Source: Antedon mediterranea (taxonomy: Eukaryota; Animalia; Echinodermata). Taken from it: 64,000 nt of DNA. Below the pieces are notes generated by a model that saw nothing but the letters and a program-made list of their open reading frames with translations, was not told the DNA's origin and did not search any database. The DNA lies in NCBI RefSeq assembly GCF_964355755.1, contig NC_092671.1, positions 3,534,001 to 3,598,000 of the forward strand, in the 5' to 3' direction. The translations under genes were made by a program, and so were the position numbers. How positions within the stretch are numbered: position 1 is the stretch's first letter; the number at the start of each line of letters is the position of its first letter. Positions 36,001-49,715 of this stretch are shown piece after piece.

Positions 36001-38661
36001 TTTTGGATTTGAAGCTTACCTTGCAAAAACACAGACTGCAGTACAATGTGTTCAACCTTCCACTTTACAGTGTGGGAACGTACCAACTTGTTATGATGTT
36101 GTATTTGTAAATTGTCTGTGTCGTGTGAACACGACAACTGACATGGTTGGAGTCGTGTTCACACAAAACACGACAACTGACAAAAGTGTTAGGTGCTTCA
36201 AACTAACAAGTAAAACAAGAATAATAACGGAACATTCCAATATAACATAATGAAAGGTCTAGGCCCAACTCATTAGATAATCAATTGTTACACTTGTGTT
36301 TTTGTCGAAATAGACAGGTGATAGGCCTGCGAAGCGCATCTGACATACCTACTTAAAAGTTATTTCCGGTATATTCAAGAGGCCTACAAGTTGATATCAC
36401 GAACATGTATTACGGTAACATGGAAACACAACGTTTGAATTATTATATTATTAATTATCAATTAGGCAGAGCAATTTATGAGACAGCCGAACAGGATTAT
36501 TTAATCATAAACTATAATTGTAAGTACAAAATTGTTATTAATTATCGGCTAATTGAAGTCGCGTATATTTTATTTAAAATGGCAAAATATTATTTATTCT
36601 AATGTGTTGAATAATGTATTAACATATATTATTCCTTTGAGATGGGTATATTCATCGATTATTGTCATTTATTTTTACCCTGTGGACCTTGAATAGGCCA
36701 AGGACACCGACTCCCTAGGAAAAAGTTTTAATTTTCTGGTCAAATATCCAATATAAAACGTCAAAATGTTTCATTTTCGTCTGTTAAATGTTTACATGTT
36801 TTATTCCCTCGTTTCAGGACACCTGTCCTTTAATGATAATTTATCTTAGTAGGCATAACACTATCAAATGGGTCATTCGTAACTTTAAAATAAATAGTAT
36901 CCCTCTCCCCTTCCTCATTTTAAAATCGTAGGCCTACATTAGAATATGGCCAGTAATACGACTAAACAATATTGAAATTATATTTTGTTGTTTTAGGCCT
37001 TTGTGCAAACTGTTACATTACCTTATATAGTGTTTATAGTATTATAGGCAAATACTGTGATACATTGTCACATTATCTATCACATGTTCATCTGTATCGT
37101 GGGCTATAGGCCTAAGCCTTACCGTAACCTTATAATAATACACTGTATTACATAATTTTCCTATGATTCCTAAATACATGATTTATGTACACAGATATAG
37201 TTATATTATTATAGGCCACGATATAGAGGATCGAATGGATGATAATGTATGACAAACTTAACCAAATAACAACAAAGTATGGCGTCAACGGCATGTCATA
37301 CCGATTTTGTTATGTTCATGAAGAACTATTTGGTCGTTTAAATACTTGGTGCTATTTCCAATCAAGTTCATCCAACATTGATCACTTTCAAATTGATAGT
37401 TTGTTGATGGGTTTATTATTGATGGTTTGACGTTATTAAAGTAACATTGTTTAGTCTATTCGTTAATTACTGACCCCTCTTTAAGAAAAATAACTATTAA
37501 ATTTAAAGATCATTTCCACATGAAACGTTGTGTTTATTTAGTCTGAAATATACCCCATTGTTTTTTTCTGAAAAAAAAAACACACCAAACTATTAAAAGG
37601 ACAGTTAAACGTGACTACAATGACAAATGCTGTGTTCATTGTTCTGAATGTAAACGGCGGCCGTCGACGGATTTCTTAAACAATAAACATAGTACTTGAA
37701 CCATGTTCTAAGTTTATGTATAATGTTACTAATGCGAAACAATAAAACAATGGTTAGGTCTATAAGAGATTAACAAATTTAACCCGGTTTCAATAAACAA
37801 TCGTTGGATATTGGAGAGACAAGGAGTGCATGTTTGGCGTTACCGTCTCAGTGATATAAACAACAAAATGCAGATTCGTTTTCCGAGTGTAGCTTGTAGC
37901 TTGTAGCTGTCAGTGAAGTTATAGATTGTAGTTGTGTTGGTGCTTGGCTACCACCAATCACACGGTCCTGTGTTCAGCTCCCGTCAGAAGTCGGGGAAAA
38001 CAACTGTACTCCAAAAAATAGTTGTTAAAGACTTTGTTTATAGAGCGACTTGTGTATGTGTGAAGAAGGAATGGTGAATTCACGTATTCGCTTGGCACTT
38101 GGCAGCAATAAAATAGAAAAGAAGAGATACAAATTATATAATGAAGCATAGCGAATCGCGAACTGGTCGCGTTTACGCAGCGTGATAAATTCACTAAACA
38201 TAGTTACCAACAGTGCAATGAAGACGAACATGAGCCGCGCCCTGACCATGCTACAACAAATTACTGTATTTAATGCGGTTTATTTCGAATTTAATGTTCC
38301 ATTTAATAGGTTAATATTCGTGTTTTAACATGAAATTTGATGGTATTCATAACCTAAGGCAATCTACGTATTTGTACAGACACAAGAATGACTATTATTT
38401 CCTATGGTGATTATAAGAAGACCAACTACTTATGATTCTTCGTTCGGTTATTAACCTTCAAAAGTAACCCTTGTTTAAAATCCGTTAGTACTTTAACATT
38501 GTTCACAAACTTGATATTAATTGATCGCTAATCCACGGTTATTAAAAAGAAACTATAAAAAGTGATATAGGTTTAATTTACTCTCTAACCAATTCTTCGA
38601 CCTCGGTTTTATCTGATTTCCTAATTTCGAAAGTGCCTTTACATCGGGAAAATACGATGAA

Positions 38662-38852
38662 GGTAGAACTCCTATAGAAGGGACACTTTCTATTCAAATG
38701 AACGAAGGGAACATATTGTGTTTAGCGTACAGCCACAACACATATTCAGGGAAAACCTCTATTAAAGGGACACTTTCCCGTCTTACGAAGTTGGAGCACG
38801 ATGTTATCATGATTGTTTCTGCGAAGATGTCCCCTTAATAGGGATTCTACTG
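38662..38852. mobile_element. Tigger-like MITE copy
   Basis: GTAGAACTCCTATAGAAGGGACAC...TGTCCCCTTAATAGGGATTCTACTG|TA; internal AACCTCTATTAAAGGGACAC. Confidence 0.7.
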
Positions 38853-40494
38853 TATTGATTAATATTACACAATTGCCATATTATGAAATAAACATACTGT
38901 AGGCCTACTCTAGATTACTACAAAGAGGAGTCAGTATTGTCTCTATTCAGGTAATCGAACGACCGAGGTGGCGGTACCCAACATGGTTGACTCCCCAGCC
39001 GTTATAGCCACGGCGACTGCCTATTTCTACATGTTAACATACATTTCAGTTAACATTATAGTAATCGACACAAAATGCACGACCGTCTGAATACCAACGT
39101 TTGCAAGAGATTAAACCTGGAGACCGGGTTATGACCACGCGTGCTGCAAATCAGCGGGGCGTTACGGGAGTCACGCGTGACGCGTTTTTGGAAGATCTAA
39201 CGTGACAAGCTCACCGATATCGGTGAATTGTTACTAAAGTCACATATTCTGTTGCTTGCTTATCTTCATATCTGTAACACAGTATTTTTCGTTTTTAAGG
39301 CAAACGTCACTACTCAGTTTTGTGTGTGCTGTTTTTCACGCTCTAATAACTTGCACACGTTTAAATGGAAGAGAGCATTAAAGCTCAGGTACAGGCATGA
39401 ATTTTAAATGTAATATCTAGTTAATTGTACATAAATAAAAAATTTGTAACACAAATCAAGACGAAAAAACATGAATTTCCCTTAATATGGTCAAATACAA
39501 ATTTGGCAAAATTCTGCCATAAAAATCAGGAAGACTTTTTTTCAGTAGTTAAGTAGTTTAACCTAATGTAATAACATGTCTGGTGACTCCCTAGAAGGTG
39601 AAAAAAGATGGTGGATATACGGTGGATAATTGTTGCTATAGCATGAAAATAAAAATCTAAAGTAGAATAAAAATACCAGAAATGTAAAATTCAAGTTATA
39701 TTACCTATATTTATTCATATAACATTTTTTACCACACCGTTTAGTTTTCATAGCTTTTTAAAATGTCTCTCTATTTACAGAATTTGTGTACAAAAGAATA
39801 GAGATTTTACTGTGTAATTTGAACTATCCCCCCACTGATAAGAAAGTGCTTATTTTCAACAAGCTCGTGTAAACACAAATAAAATCCCAAAAATTATGAA
39901 ATATAGGGGAAATTATAGATCGATAATTATTGGAATGTATGATCAATAGAAATTTGTTGCCCGCACCTGGCCTTTAAAATTATCAGTACGAGCAATACAC
40001 CTCGATTTGTAAGGTATATAATTTTGAAATCTGACCCAAAATAAGTAAATGCAAATAAACTATTATGGTTCCATTCTAATTAAACATATTTAAAAACAAA
40101 ATTGTCATCAGCTACAATTTTTCGTTAGTATGTTTGAACTTTGACATATGATTCTAGATGACGCTAGTCTATAATATGATTCAAATGCATGGACAAAATA
40201 ATAAAATAACATACTTGAAAATGGCAAACTTTGAGTTAGTATTAAGTGATGGATTCCATATCAGCAATTCTAAGAGGCTTTAAAAATAATGTTTCAAAGA
40301 AAATGATCGATATCTTTAACGAATTGACAAATCTGTTCACATGATTTTGACTACTTAATTTCTTAATTTGTGATAAAGGAAATTCATAGAAAAATATTAA
40401 ATCATCTTTTTATACGTACTATCTATGAAAGCCGTCAAGTTTACAGCTAAATTATTACATTTTATTTGAACTGATCATTTGATTATTGATATGT

Positions 40495-40810
40495 GGAGGA
40501 TTAATCAATTGCATATTAATTCATTTTCGATATTCGATAGATCTTATTGATCGATTTAGATTTCCGATAGATTAATTAATTTCATTTTGCGATAAATCAA
40601 TTGCTTATTAATTAATTTTCTAAGTTGCGATAGATCAATTGATTGATTTTCGATAGATTAACAAATCATGATTTATTTTCGATTTGTGATAGATCAATTG
40701 GTTATTGATTAATTTTCGATTTCTAATAATCAATTGCTCATTTACGATTGTTTTCAATTTACGATATCAATTGCTCATTGATTGATTTTTGATATATTGT
40801 ATCAATATTG
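40495..40810. repeat. Degenerate GATAGATCAATTG/ATTGATTTTC low-complexity array
   Basis: Recurring ~30-40-bp motif. Confidence 0.7.
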
Positions 40811-42111
40811 AAACTATATATATACATTAAGCTACAATCTAAGTGTTAAGCATGTTGCTTAAACATTTTACTTTTGTTTTTTTAGTGAATATAGAGTACA
40901 TGTGTATATAGGCCTAAAAGTAAGTGTCTATTTTGTGATAGTAGGATCTCTGAAATCAAAACTTATTAATCATTTTAAATATAATACAGATATAAATCTT
41001 AAACAATGTCAACATAATAACTATTATTGGACATCAGAACGATATCACCTAAATGATTGACTTCTCTGTCTTTACGTGTGTCGATTGGAGTTATTGTAGC
41101 TGCTTTCATGTCCCCCATCAAGCAGGCTGTATTTAAAGTTAATGTCGCCACTGACCAGGCCCCTGGTGTGGGGCTAATCTACAGTAATTGCAGCAAATGC
41201 GTTTCCATTTAACGCAATAAAAACTGTTGCCAATCGTTGAATATTAACGCTTTATATTCGATTATGCTCCTGCGAATTCTGAGAGACCAGCCGCCCTGTA
41301 AAAACATCTGCAGGCCTAGAATAGACCGCAAACGTGCTTCTTTACCAAACTTGAAACGCCCTAATTGTACGATTATCATATTGTCTCTGGTTTGAGATGA
41401 TTGATGGTTAACGCGTTTTTGAAGAATTTGACGAACCCACCTGTTCTAAATTCATTCCATAACAGTTACATTTTCTGTTCTGTTGAATGTGCCAAAAGTT
41501 GTTTTATAGAACATTCGACATTTTTAGATTTCCTTGATGGAACTTTCAAAACCGAAAGTCCGACATTGGATTAGGAAATATTAACATGTATTTGGTTGAC
41601 CTTTGGCAAGATTTCTGTTGTCTGAGTGACATTAATGTTTACTATCTGAAATGAATATGAAATTGGAAAAGCAGGAAAGTAGTATTAGTCGTCTTAGTAC
41701 CGTACTGGACCTATTCTTCTTGGTTCTCTTGATTGTCTTCAAAATTGTATTTCTCTTCAAATATCAAATCATGTTTGCAAATTGAAAAGTTTCCTCTTCT
41801 TGTTCTCATTGGAAGTACCTCAACCACACTCTCTTAACATTTATTTAAATGACTTTATAGACACTTTGTACAACTTGTTAATTATACATGTATTGTCAAT
41901 GTTATTTTAATGCTGTACATAGTCTATTTTTTTTTTTTTTGATTTTGCTTGTAATGTTTGTATGGAGTTAGAGAAACACGCTATTTGGCGATAGTTGTCT
42001 TGTCTCTTTTCAGTGCTCCCTTTTAATGTTTCACTGAAAGGAATAAATAAATACAATACAATATGGTCCATACAGTAGTTTACTTCGTATTCATTTTGTC
42101 TAAATGTATGG

Positions 42112-42488
42112 ACCATATCATATCTTACCTATATCACCAAGGTAAGATATGATAATCATCCATACAGTACGGTAGCTAACTTAGTATACTGTAGATTTTT
42201 GTCTAGATGTATTCACTATATCATATCGTACCTATATCACTATAAGGTAAGATATGATATGGCACATACACAGAAGTTAAGTGGCATCGATATTTGTCTA
42301 GATGTATTCACTGTATCATAGCGTACCTATATCATTAAGGTAAGATATGATATGGCACATACACAGAAGTTAAGTTGGCATCGATTTTTGTCTAGATGTA
42401 TGCACTATATCATAGCTTACCTCTATCATTAAGGTAAGATATGATATGGCACATACACAGAAGTTAAGTTATGGCATCGATATTTGTC
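42112..42488. repeat. ~95-bp tandem repeat x4, each with a 15-bp hairpin
   Basis: TATCATATCTTACCT-loop-AGGTAAGATATGATA at 42116, 42219, 42314 and 42408. Confidence 0.93.
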
Positions 42489-45400
42489 GTGCAATTGTTA
42501 TGCAATAGTATTCAATAGTTTGAACTTTTGACGGTAGTCCTGTTCACATTAGGAAACTGACCTGCCATTGTACACTTACGACTTAAACATGATGAGAACT
42601 AAGCAAGATGTTGAATGTTATTCTTATTTTTAGATTAAATCAACAATTGGATCATCCATGTCACAGGAATATAATAACAACTATGAACTTTGTATATAGC
42701 GTTGACACGTTTTGTTTGACCTCTGAACTTAGACCCTTCCTATACCCACAGTTGAATCTGTTACGGTGATGATAAAGTCTTTTGTTGAAGCAATTTTAAG
42801 GTTTTTTTTTTGACGAATTATAGATACGTACATTGGAATTCGCACGCACACTTGTGTAATGTGAATTGTTATAACTTTAGGCGTCCTCACTCGATGTTCT
42901 TTGTGAAAAATATAGCTTTTTATAGAAGAAGATGGAACCATTTTTACTGTTTGTATACAAACATTCAATTACGTCATTTGTCTTTATTTTATCAACATCT
43001 TCATCTTCGCCTCGTCATCGTCTGTAATCCTCACCGACTGCAACGACGTTTCATCATTGTAGTATATAAAAATGTCAGACGAGTAGTTTTTTAAATGGTT
43101 AAATAATGTTTTTTCTATCGTATCCTGTTTTTTTCTTTTTCTTCTTCAAAACAACAATGTTTAGTTTAACCAAACATATACACACAACAGTTAGCTGTAT
43201 CAACAAACGATTTAACAACATTTTGATTGTCTTGTAAGTTGTTGTAAACGAGGATGTAATGATCATAATGTTTAGTGTGGGCCTAAATAAACACTACTAA
43301 ATGCCGTATAATTTAAAAAGAAATTGTAATCGGAGAACACAAGTTCAAAAGGAACTTAAATAATGTTGATACATTAGGCTAAAGATCAGACCAAACATCG
43401 GAAACAAAGTGTCACCTTAAGCTATCATTATTGCTGTCAAGCACCTCAAGGAGGACCCACCCGGTTACTCTTGAATACGATATTGACACCCTGAGACGTC
43501 GACACATCGTAGTCGCCTAGGTTAGCGTGGGGAAATTCCTCGTCCCAACGGACTCCAGCGGCTCCCCGGGTCGCTGTCTAGGCTTTCACCTGTCGCTTGC
43601 CGAACTTGCTAATTTTTTAGCCAAATAAACAGTTTTCTTATCAAATTCCTCAGCTGTAGTCACAGTAGTCATTGTTAAAACTGTGGACAATAATTTAAAG
43701 AATTGAAGGCGTATGCGAGAAATTTGAGTAAATTAAATATTGTCATTGTTAATGACGGTTGACTTAGACGTACGGCTACCTTTATTGGAAACACATTACC
43801 TTAATGGTCGAGCGGACAACGCACTTTCCCATGCTCTAATTTAAGGTACCAATATATCATTCAAATCGGTCAAATTATATATTTTTATTTCGTTTGTGAT
43901 GCAATAAAGAGAGGTATTAAAATTACGCGTCGTCAATTTGTAGGACTGTACCATTATCCGCGTTTAAAACGCGCGCACCTTAATATTTAGTGTAATCATA
44001 AATATAGGCCCAAGCATGTTCTTCGATGTTAAAAATAATGTTTTATGTTCCAAAAACAACATTCACTTGATGCACAGTGATATCAAGACAATTTTAAACG
44101 AATCAATAAATAACAAAATCAAACGAAATTTCAACTATTTTGAATACTTGTAAGTTCCCATTTAGAGCCTGGTACTTTTGTACATGGGTTATTATAACGC
44201 CTAATGAGGTCTAACTTATTTTTAATAGTTTTTCAAGAGGGTAATTAAAAAAGTTCTTAAACGCCGTAACAAAAGACCATATCATTTCCTTTCTAATGGG
44301 TAAAGTAACTTCAAGTGTTATCAACAGTTGTATCGAAGCTAGTTGAACCAGGTTGAACTAGGATAGCATTTACACTTTTATTTGCGATTCAACTTTCTGA
44401 TTTTAATCTTTATCAACATATTTCTGTTCATCACACGGCCTCTTTCTTTTCTTTTATTAACAATAGTGATAGCCCTAATAATAAATGGAATAACCATAGT
44501 TTGGTGGGGTATTTTGTGAATTGTAAAAGTTATTTCTCAAGATATATTATATATATTGGTTCTTTTCATTAGCATCTGATAAAATCAGTTCCCATGTATC
44601 TAGCTTCTAATTAGTGGCATACACGATAGATCTAGTTGATAATACGATTTTAGCCCGGGTGACTACTGAACTAAACCCGTTCGTGAGGTGCTCAAGGTCA
44701 CGTAAATCCGGTATCGACACCATCTCGTTTGCTATTAAAATGTTAGCCTAGGGCTAATTATTTTTACTGAAAATTTAACAATTAGTGTCAATATAACTCC
44801 ACCTTTGCTTCTACTTATCATTTGTAATCTGTTTTCTTTTATTTGGAAGTCAAAAAAATGACAATAACTTTACGTTTTATTGGTTTTTCAAAACAATGCT
44901 TAGTATTTTAGCTTGTAAGCCCCGCGGCTACCATAAAGTGGCAAAACGTTTAATAGCTGCTAATATTATGATTAACTAAATAAAAGGAATTTGAACTTCA
45001 CGACGTTATTGGCGATTTAACAAGATATCCGTTTCTCTACGTATGATTTATATCTTAGAACTATAAGTACTAGGAGGCCTCTTTGAATAGAAAATATAGA
45101 TTTATTCTGTATTTTCTGATTTTCTAAGTATCATATTTTTCTCATGACAATAGTAATTATTTGGCACGTGCAAAAACTTAATCACAATTATTTACTGAAC
45201 ATTTTGTACAGTCCTTAATTGTTGACGCAAATTCTTATAATCATACTTTTGCGTGTTTGTGTTCTTTGAATAAGTTTACAGAAAAATGCATTGTTAGTTG
45301 CGTTAACATTAAACATCTAGGCCTAAATATATTAACTGGCTTATCCCGTAAAAAACATTAATATCAGGATAGTGCTTTGTTTACGTGGCTCATTACTGGA

Positions 45401-46554
45401 TATGGATGGCGTGCATATAGGCCTAGTATTCTTCTATCGATTTGTCCGTACCAATGTATGTACCTGTGGTGTCATTGACGATTTCTCATTTATATAGATA
45501 GAACTTATTATTGTAAACGTTTCTGTCACCAAACGGGACCTTCTAATAACTTTCTGTTAACAATAGGCCTAACAACAGATTCCACTTAGATTAATGATTC
45601 GTTAGTTGACTTGAAAGGGCTTTAAATACGTGGTTTCCAAACATTATATAACACAAGTTGTTCTGGTTGAGAGAACGAAAGATCCTCGGAACTTAGTAGA
45701 GCAATTGGGATTGAACGATTGAATCTAAACTATAATATAATAAAAAGTGACAGAATAATTATATTAACAAGAGAGTGTTTGTTATTGTGTGATTATGTAC
45801 CAAATACTGGGTTACCGCTTCGGAACACCGTTCCTTTGTATTTTTTTGGTAGGTATTTACTGCCTACGGTATGGTAATCTTATGCAGACAATTGGAAGAT
45901 ATTTATGTTATGACTGTTCAATTACAGTATTTTATTGTGGTATTTAGTAGGTATTATTGCACTATATTCACTGTTATTAGTTGGAAAGTGAGGCTCAAAG
46001 CAAACTAAGATCTGTTGTGTTTCTTAATTTGTTGTAAGAAAAACTTTAATCTTTATGAACAATTATATTGATTGTTATCTCGAGGTGAATAAACTTGTTG
46101 TAATTTGTAAAAAATGTTGAAGTATTAACAGTTTTAAATCTTACAATACATTATTTTATGTTTATATTTTACTTGCGATGGGTTTTTATCAAAACAATAA
46201 TTTGCAGTTATTTCATTTCCACGCCGACGGCTATAACCGACCTCCGTGCCAGATGCTCAGTAAAATTGCAATATTTGTTACAGAAGCTAAAAAGACATTC
46301 CCACCGAAATGACACATACTTTTTGATTGTAGACTTTAATTGACAAAAACTTGATTGGTGGTCGGAAATTCCATTCATATTTATTTCAATAACGAGTTAT
46401 TATGAGAAAATTCAACTTTCGTCATTTGCGTGGACAATGTTTTAGACCTATATACTGTAGACCTGGTTAAATAAAACCCACAATAAACACAACCTGAAGT
46501 TCCGTAGTATAGGCCTATGCCCAGTTGTTAATGTTTCCAGAAAGAGAAGTTTTA

Positions 46555-46711
46555 AGTTCTGTCTATTAAACTATGAAACTAATTGAACAAATTTAAGTGA
46601 TGTGCGAAGTATGGTAGTGATATGCCCAAATATAGTAGTGATATGACATAATCATGTCTATTATATTGGCACATATTTTGTCACATCAAGTTTGAGAGTG
46701 TAGACAGAGCT
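46555..46711. mobile_element. MITE family A copy
   Basis: Degenerate TIRs, TTA/TAA flanks, same internal motif. Confidence 0.8.
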
Positions 46712-49369
46712 TAACAGTGTGATGTTTGTCGAATAAGGCGTACCATATTTTCATTCATATTTCAGTTGTATTTGGAACAACTCAAATACACAGTTTGAAT
46801 AATTATATTTTATACTTAGTGGCTGTATAAAAAAATGTCTAGTAAAGTACTTATTATTACAAATTTTATGTGATATTATATTTTTCATTATTATGAACAC
46901 TTTTTATTAGGTAAGTGTACTTTACGTTTTGGTATATCTCAACGCTCTAACGACTACACGAACTACGGCCTTTTATGCTATTTATACGACGACGCAATTG
47001 TGGTTATTATTACAAAGTTGGTCGTTCTAACCTAGTTATTTTGCAGAGTTCCATTATTAAAGTAAGACATAATTGATGTTTAAAATTATTAATCTTCTGT
47101 GGACATCTTCCATCGTAACCTGTGGCTATTGTCACTCAGGTTTGTTACAAGTTCAAGAGTGCATTCGTCATACTTTGATGACAAAATACTGTGATTCAGG
47201 AGTCGGCCTCGACTTTCATATTTCGAGTATTTCACGTTTTTTTTTTCACTGATCGTTCACCTGTTCTTGTAATAATTCTATCTATTCTATCCCTTTTTTA
47301 TGTATAATAGCTGAAAAATCTTCTTCTTGTGACTTGTGAACTTTGACTTATGATCATCTCTAGTGATCTCCGGATTAGCTGCTTCAGTTGTTGTTTGCAT
47401 GAATTGGATTTTTTTCTTTCGTAGGAATTGTTTCAATTTCCAGTAAAAAATATACTCAATACTTTACTCTCTTTAAAAAAAATATTTCCAATGAATCGAT
47501 TTCTTCTTGTTAATTTTTTTAAAAAGAAATTGATTCTTCGTCCTAAGCAGTATTTTGGATGAAGTGAGGTCGTCCATTAATTTGTTTTATCACAAAAATA
47601 CTCTAAATATAAAGTTCGATACAACCCATGGAAAAGCTCACTTATAGACAAAAACAAAATATTTGGTGGTAGGATGGCGAAGCCAGACATCGCCTAATAA
47701 CACTCTTGAAAGATCAGTTATTTGACAAACTAATACACAGTATTGCATTCTTAAAAATGTGTTCCTGTATTGGTATGCTAAGGAATATTTTATGGACCTA
47801 ATTTTATTACTGTCAATCATAAGCAAAAAGTACAGTAAACCTATTATTATAATATAGTAAAAAGTTTTTCAAACGATATATTAAGAAACGCACGCAACGG
47901 TCACGGATATTAAACATTAAAGATTCAAGTGATATCTGAACACATAATTCAACAATGATCCTAAAGTATGACGAACCTACATAAGACAAAGATAACGATC
48001 TAAACTTTAGCAATTTAATATAGGCCTATAGTGTAATGTAATTTAAAGTAATACATTCAATTAATTACATTTAATATATTTATGTAATTCAGCGAAATTT
48101 ATTGTTGTCTAAATAAAATCTAACATTTAATAATTTAATGTAATGTAATATAATGTAATTTAATACTACTAATAATAAAAATAATTATAATAAAAATGTA
48201 TGGATCTCATGCCAGTAATTTATTTGTATTATATGTTCTTGGAATGTGTTTTTATTTATATTTTAATTGAATTTAAACGCATTTAGGATGTTTTGAATGC
48301 ATGTTTTGGGAGAACGCCATTTCAAATACTTGCTGCATTTCGAAATCAGTGAATTGTGTAAATTTCGATTTTTATAGGCCAACTACCTGTCTAACAGTCG
48401 CTATAAATTAAAAAAATACAATAAAAAGAAAGAAAAGAGAAATATAAAACGTAATATTCAACTTTATGGGAAATGAAACGTCGGTCTTTGACCTATTATC
48501 TGTCAAGTGTATACATTTTCGATAAAATCCAGATGAAAAGATTCGTTTTTATGTTTATTTTAGTATCTTTAAACTTTAATTAAAAACAGCTATTACCGGA
48601 AACTTTAATAAACCGCGATGTACCGGTGTTACGATGTCGCCAACCTTATTTACACGTGTTCTCTCTTCACATTAAAAAATAGGGTAGTCAGAACAAATTG
48701 ATTTTTAATTTTGCTAAATGTCGTTAAATATAATTATTATGATGAATAATAGTATTCCATTTCTATAGACTTCGTCGTAATAGTTTGGAAGTCAAATGTG
48801 TACCTTTTTTGCGTAAATGACGTCAACATAAAAGGGTCTTATTCTTTTAATCACATAATAATGAAATACTACTGTTTTTGTGTGATAAATTCATTTTCCA
48901 TAGAAACAACTTCACACATATGAAAATGTGCAAGAAATGAATTGTACGCCTATATGAAAAAAGCTATCGACGGATCGTTTCTTAAACCAAATATACAAAC
49001 CACAAGTTATTGAACTTTTATCTCGTTCATGGCGAGGTGTTCATCTTAAAACATTTGATTAATTTAAATGATTTCAATGTCATGTTTGAGCTCATTCGCT
49101 GCTGGGTACGGGTAATGTATTAACGCGATAAATGTATTCAAACGTTACCGAAATTAACCCATCTTACCATATCAACGCCTAAGAACAAATTGTTAATATG
49201 CCTTCCACGAAATGGCAAGCTACAAAGTATCAGCAAGGTACAACATTTCATTTTCAACGTAATAACATTAACAATAATCATACTACACGTTGATTGGATA
49301 TGACACTAGACCTAGACCTAGGCATAGTAAATGGAATACAGCGAAATAGTTTGCAGTTTATACCAGACG

Positions 49370-49715
49370 ATTTTGACGCGCGCCTACAGAAATCATACTT
49401 TGAAGACACGCGTATAAAAGACGTAACCATTATCAATGCTTACTCGCGCGTGTACAAAAGAAGTACCATTATTTTCTACGTGTCTACGCGCGCGTACAAA
49501 AGACGTACCATTATTATCAACGTTTAAACGCGCGCGTACAAAAGATGTACCATTATTATCAACTTTTGAACGCGCGCGTACAAAAGACGTACCATTATTA
49601 TCAACGTTTAAACGTGTGCGTACAAAAGATGTACCATTATTGTCAACGTTTTAACGAGCGTACAAAATAATTACCATATCAACTCGGAACGCGCGCGTAC
49701 AAAAATTCATACTAT
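49370..49715. repeat. ~42-bp minisatellite x8
   Basis: AACGCGCGCGTACAAAAGACGTACCATTATTATCAACGTTTA units. Confidence 0.93.

Noticed and set aside
42112-42488. CRISPR-like appearance (palindromic repeats at regular spacing)
   Set aside because: The intervening sequences are copies of each other rather than unique spacers, there are no cas genes, and the context is a eukaryotic intron.
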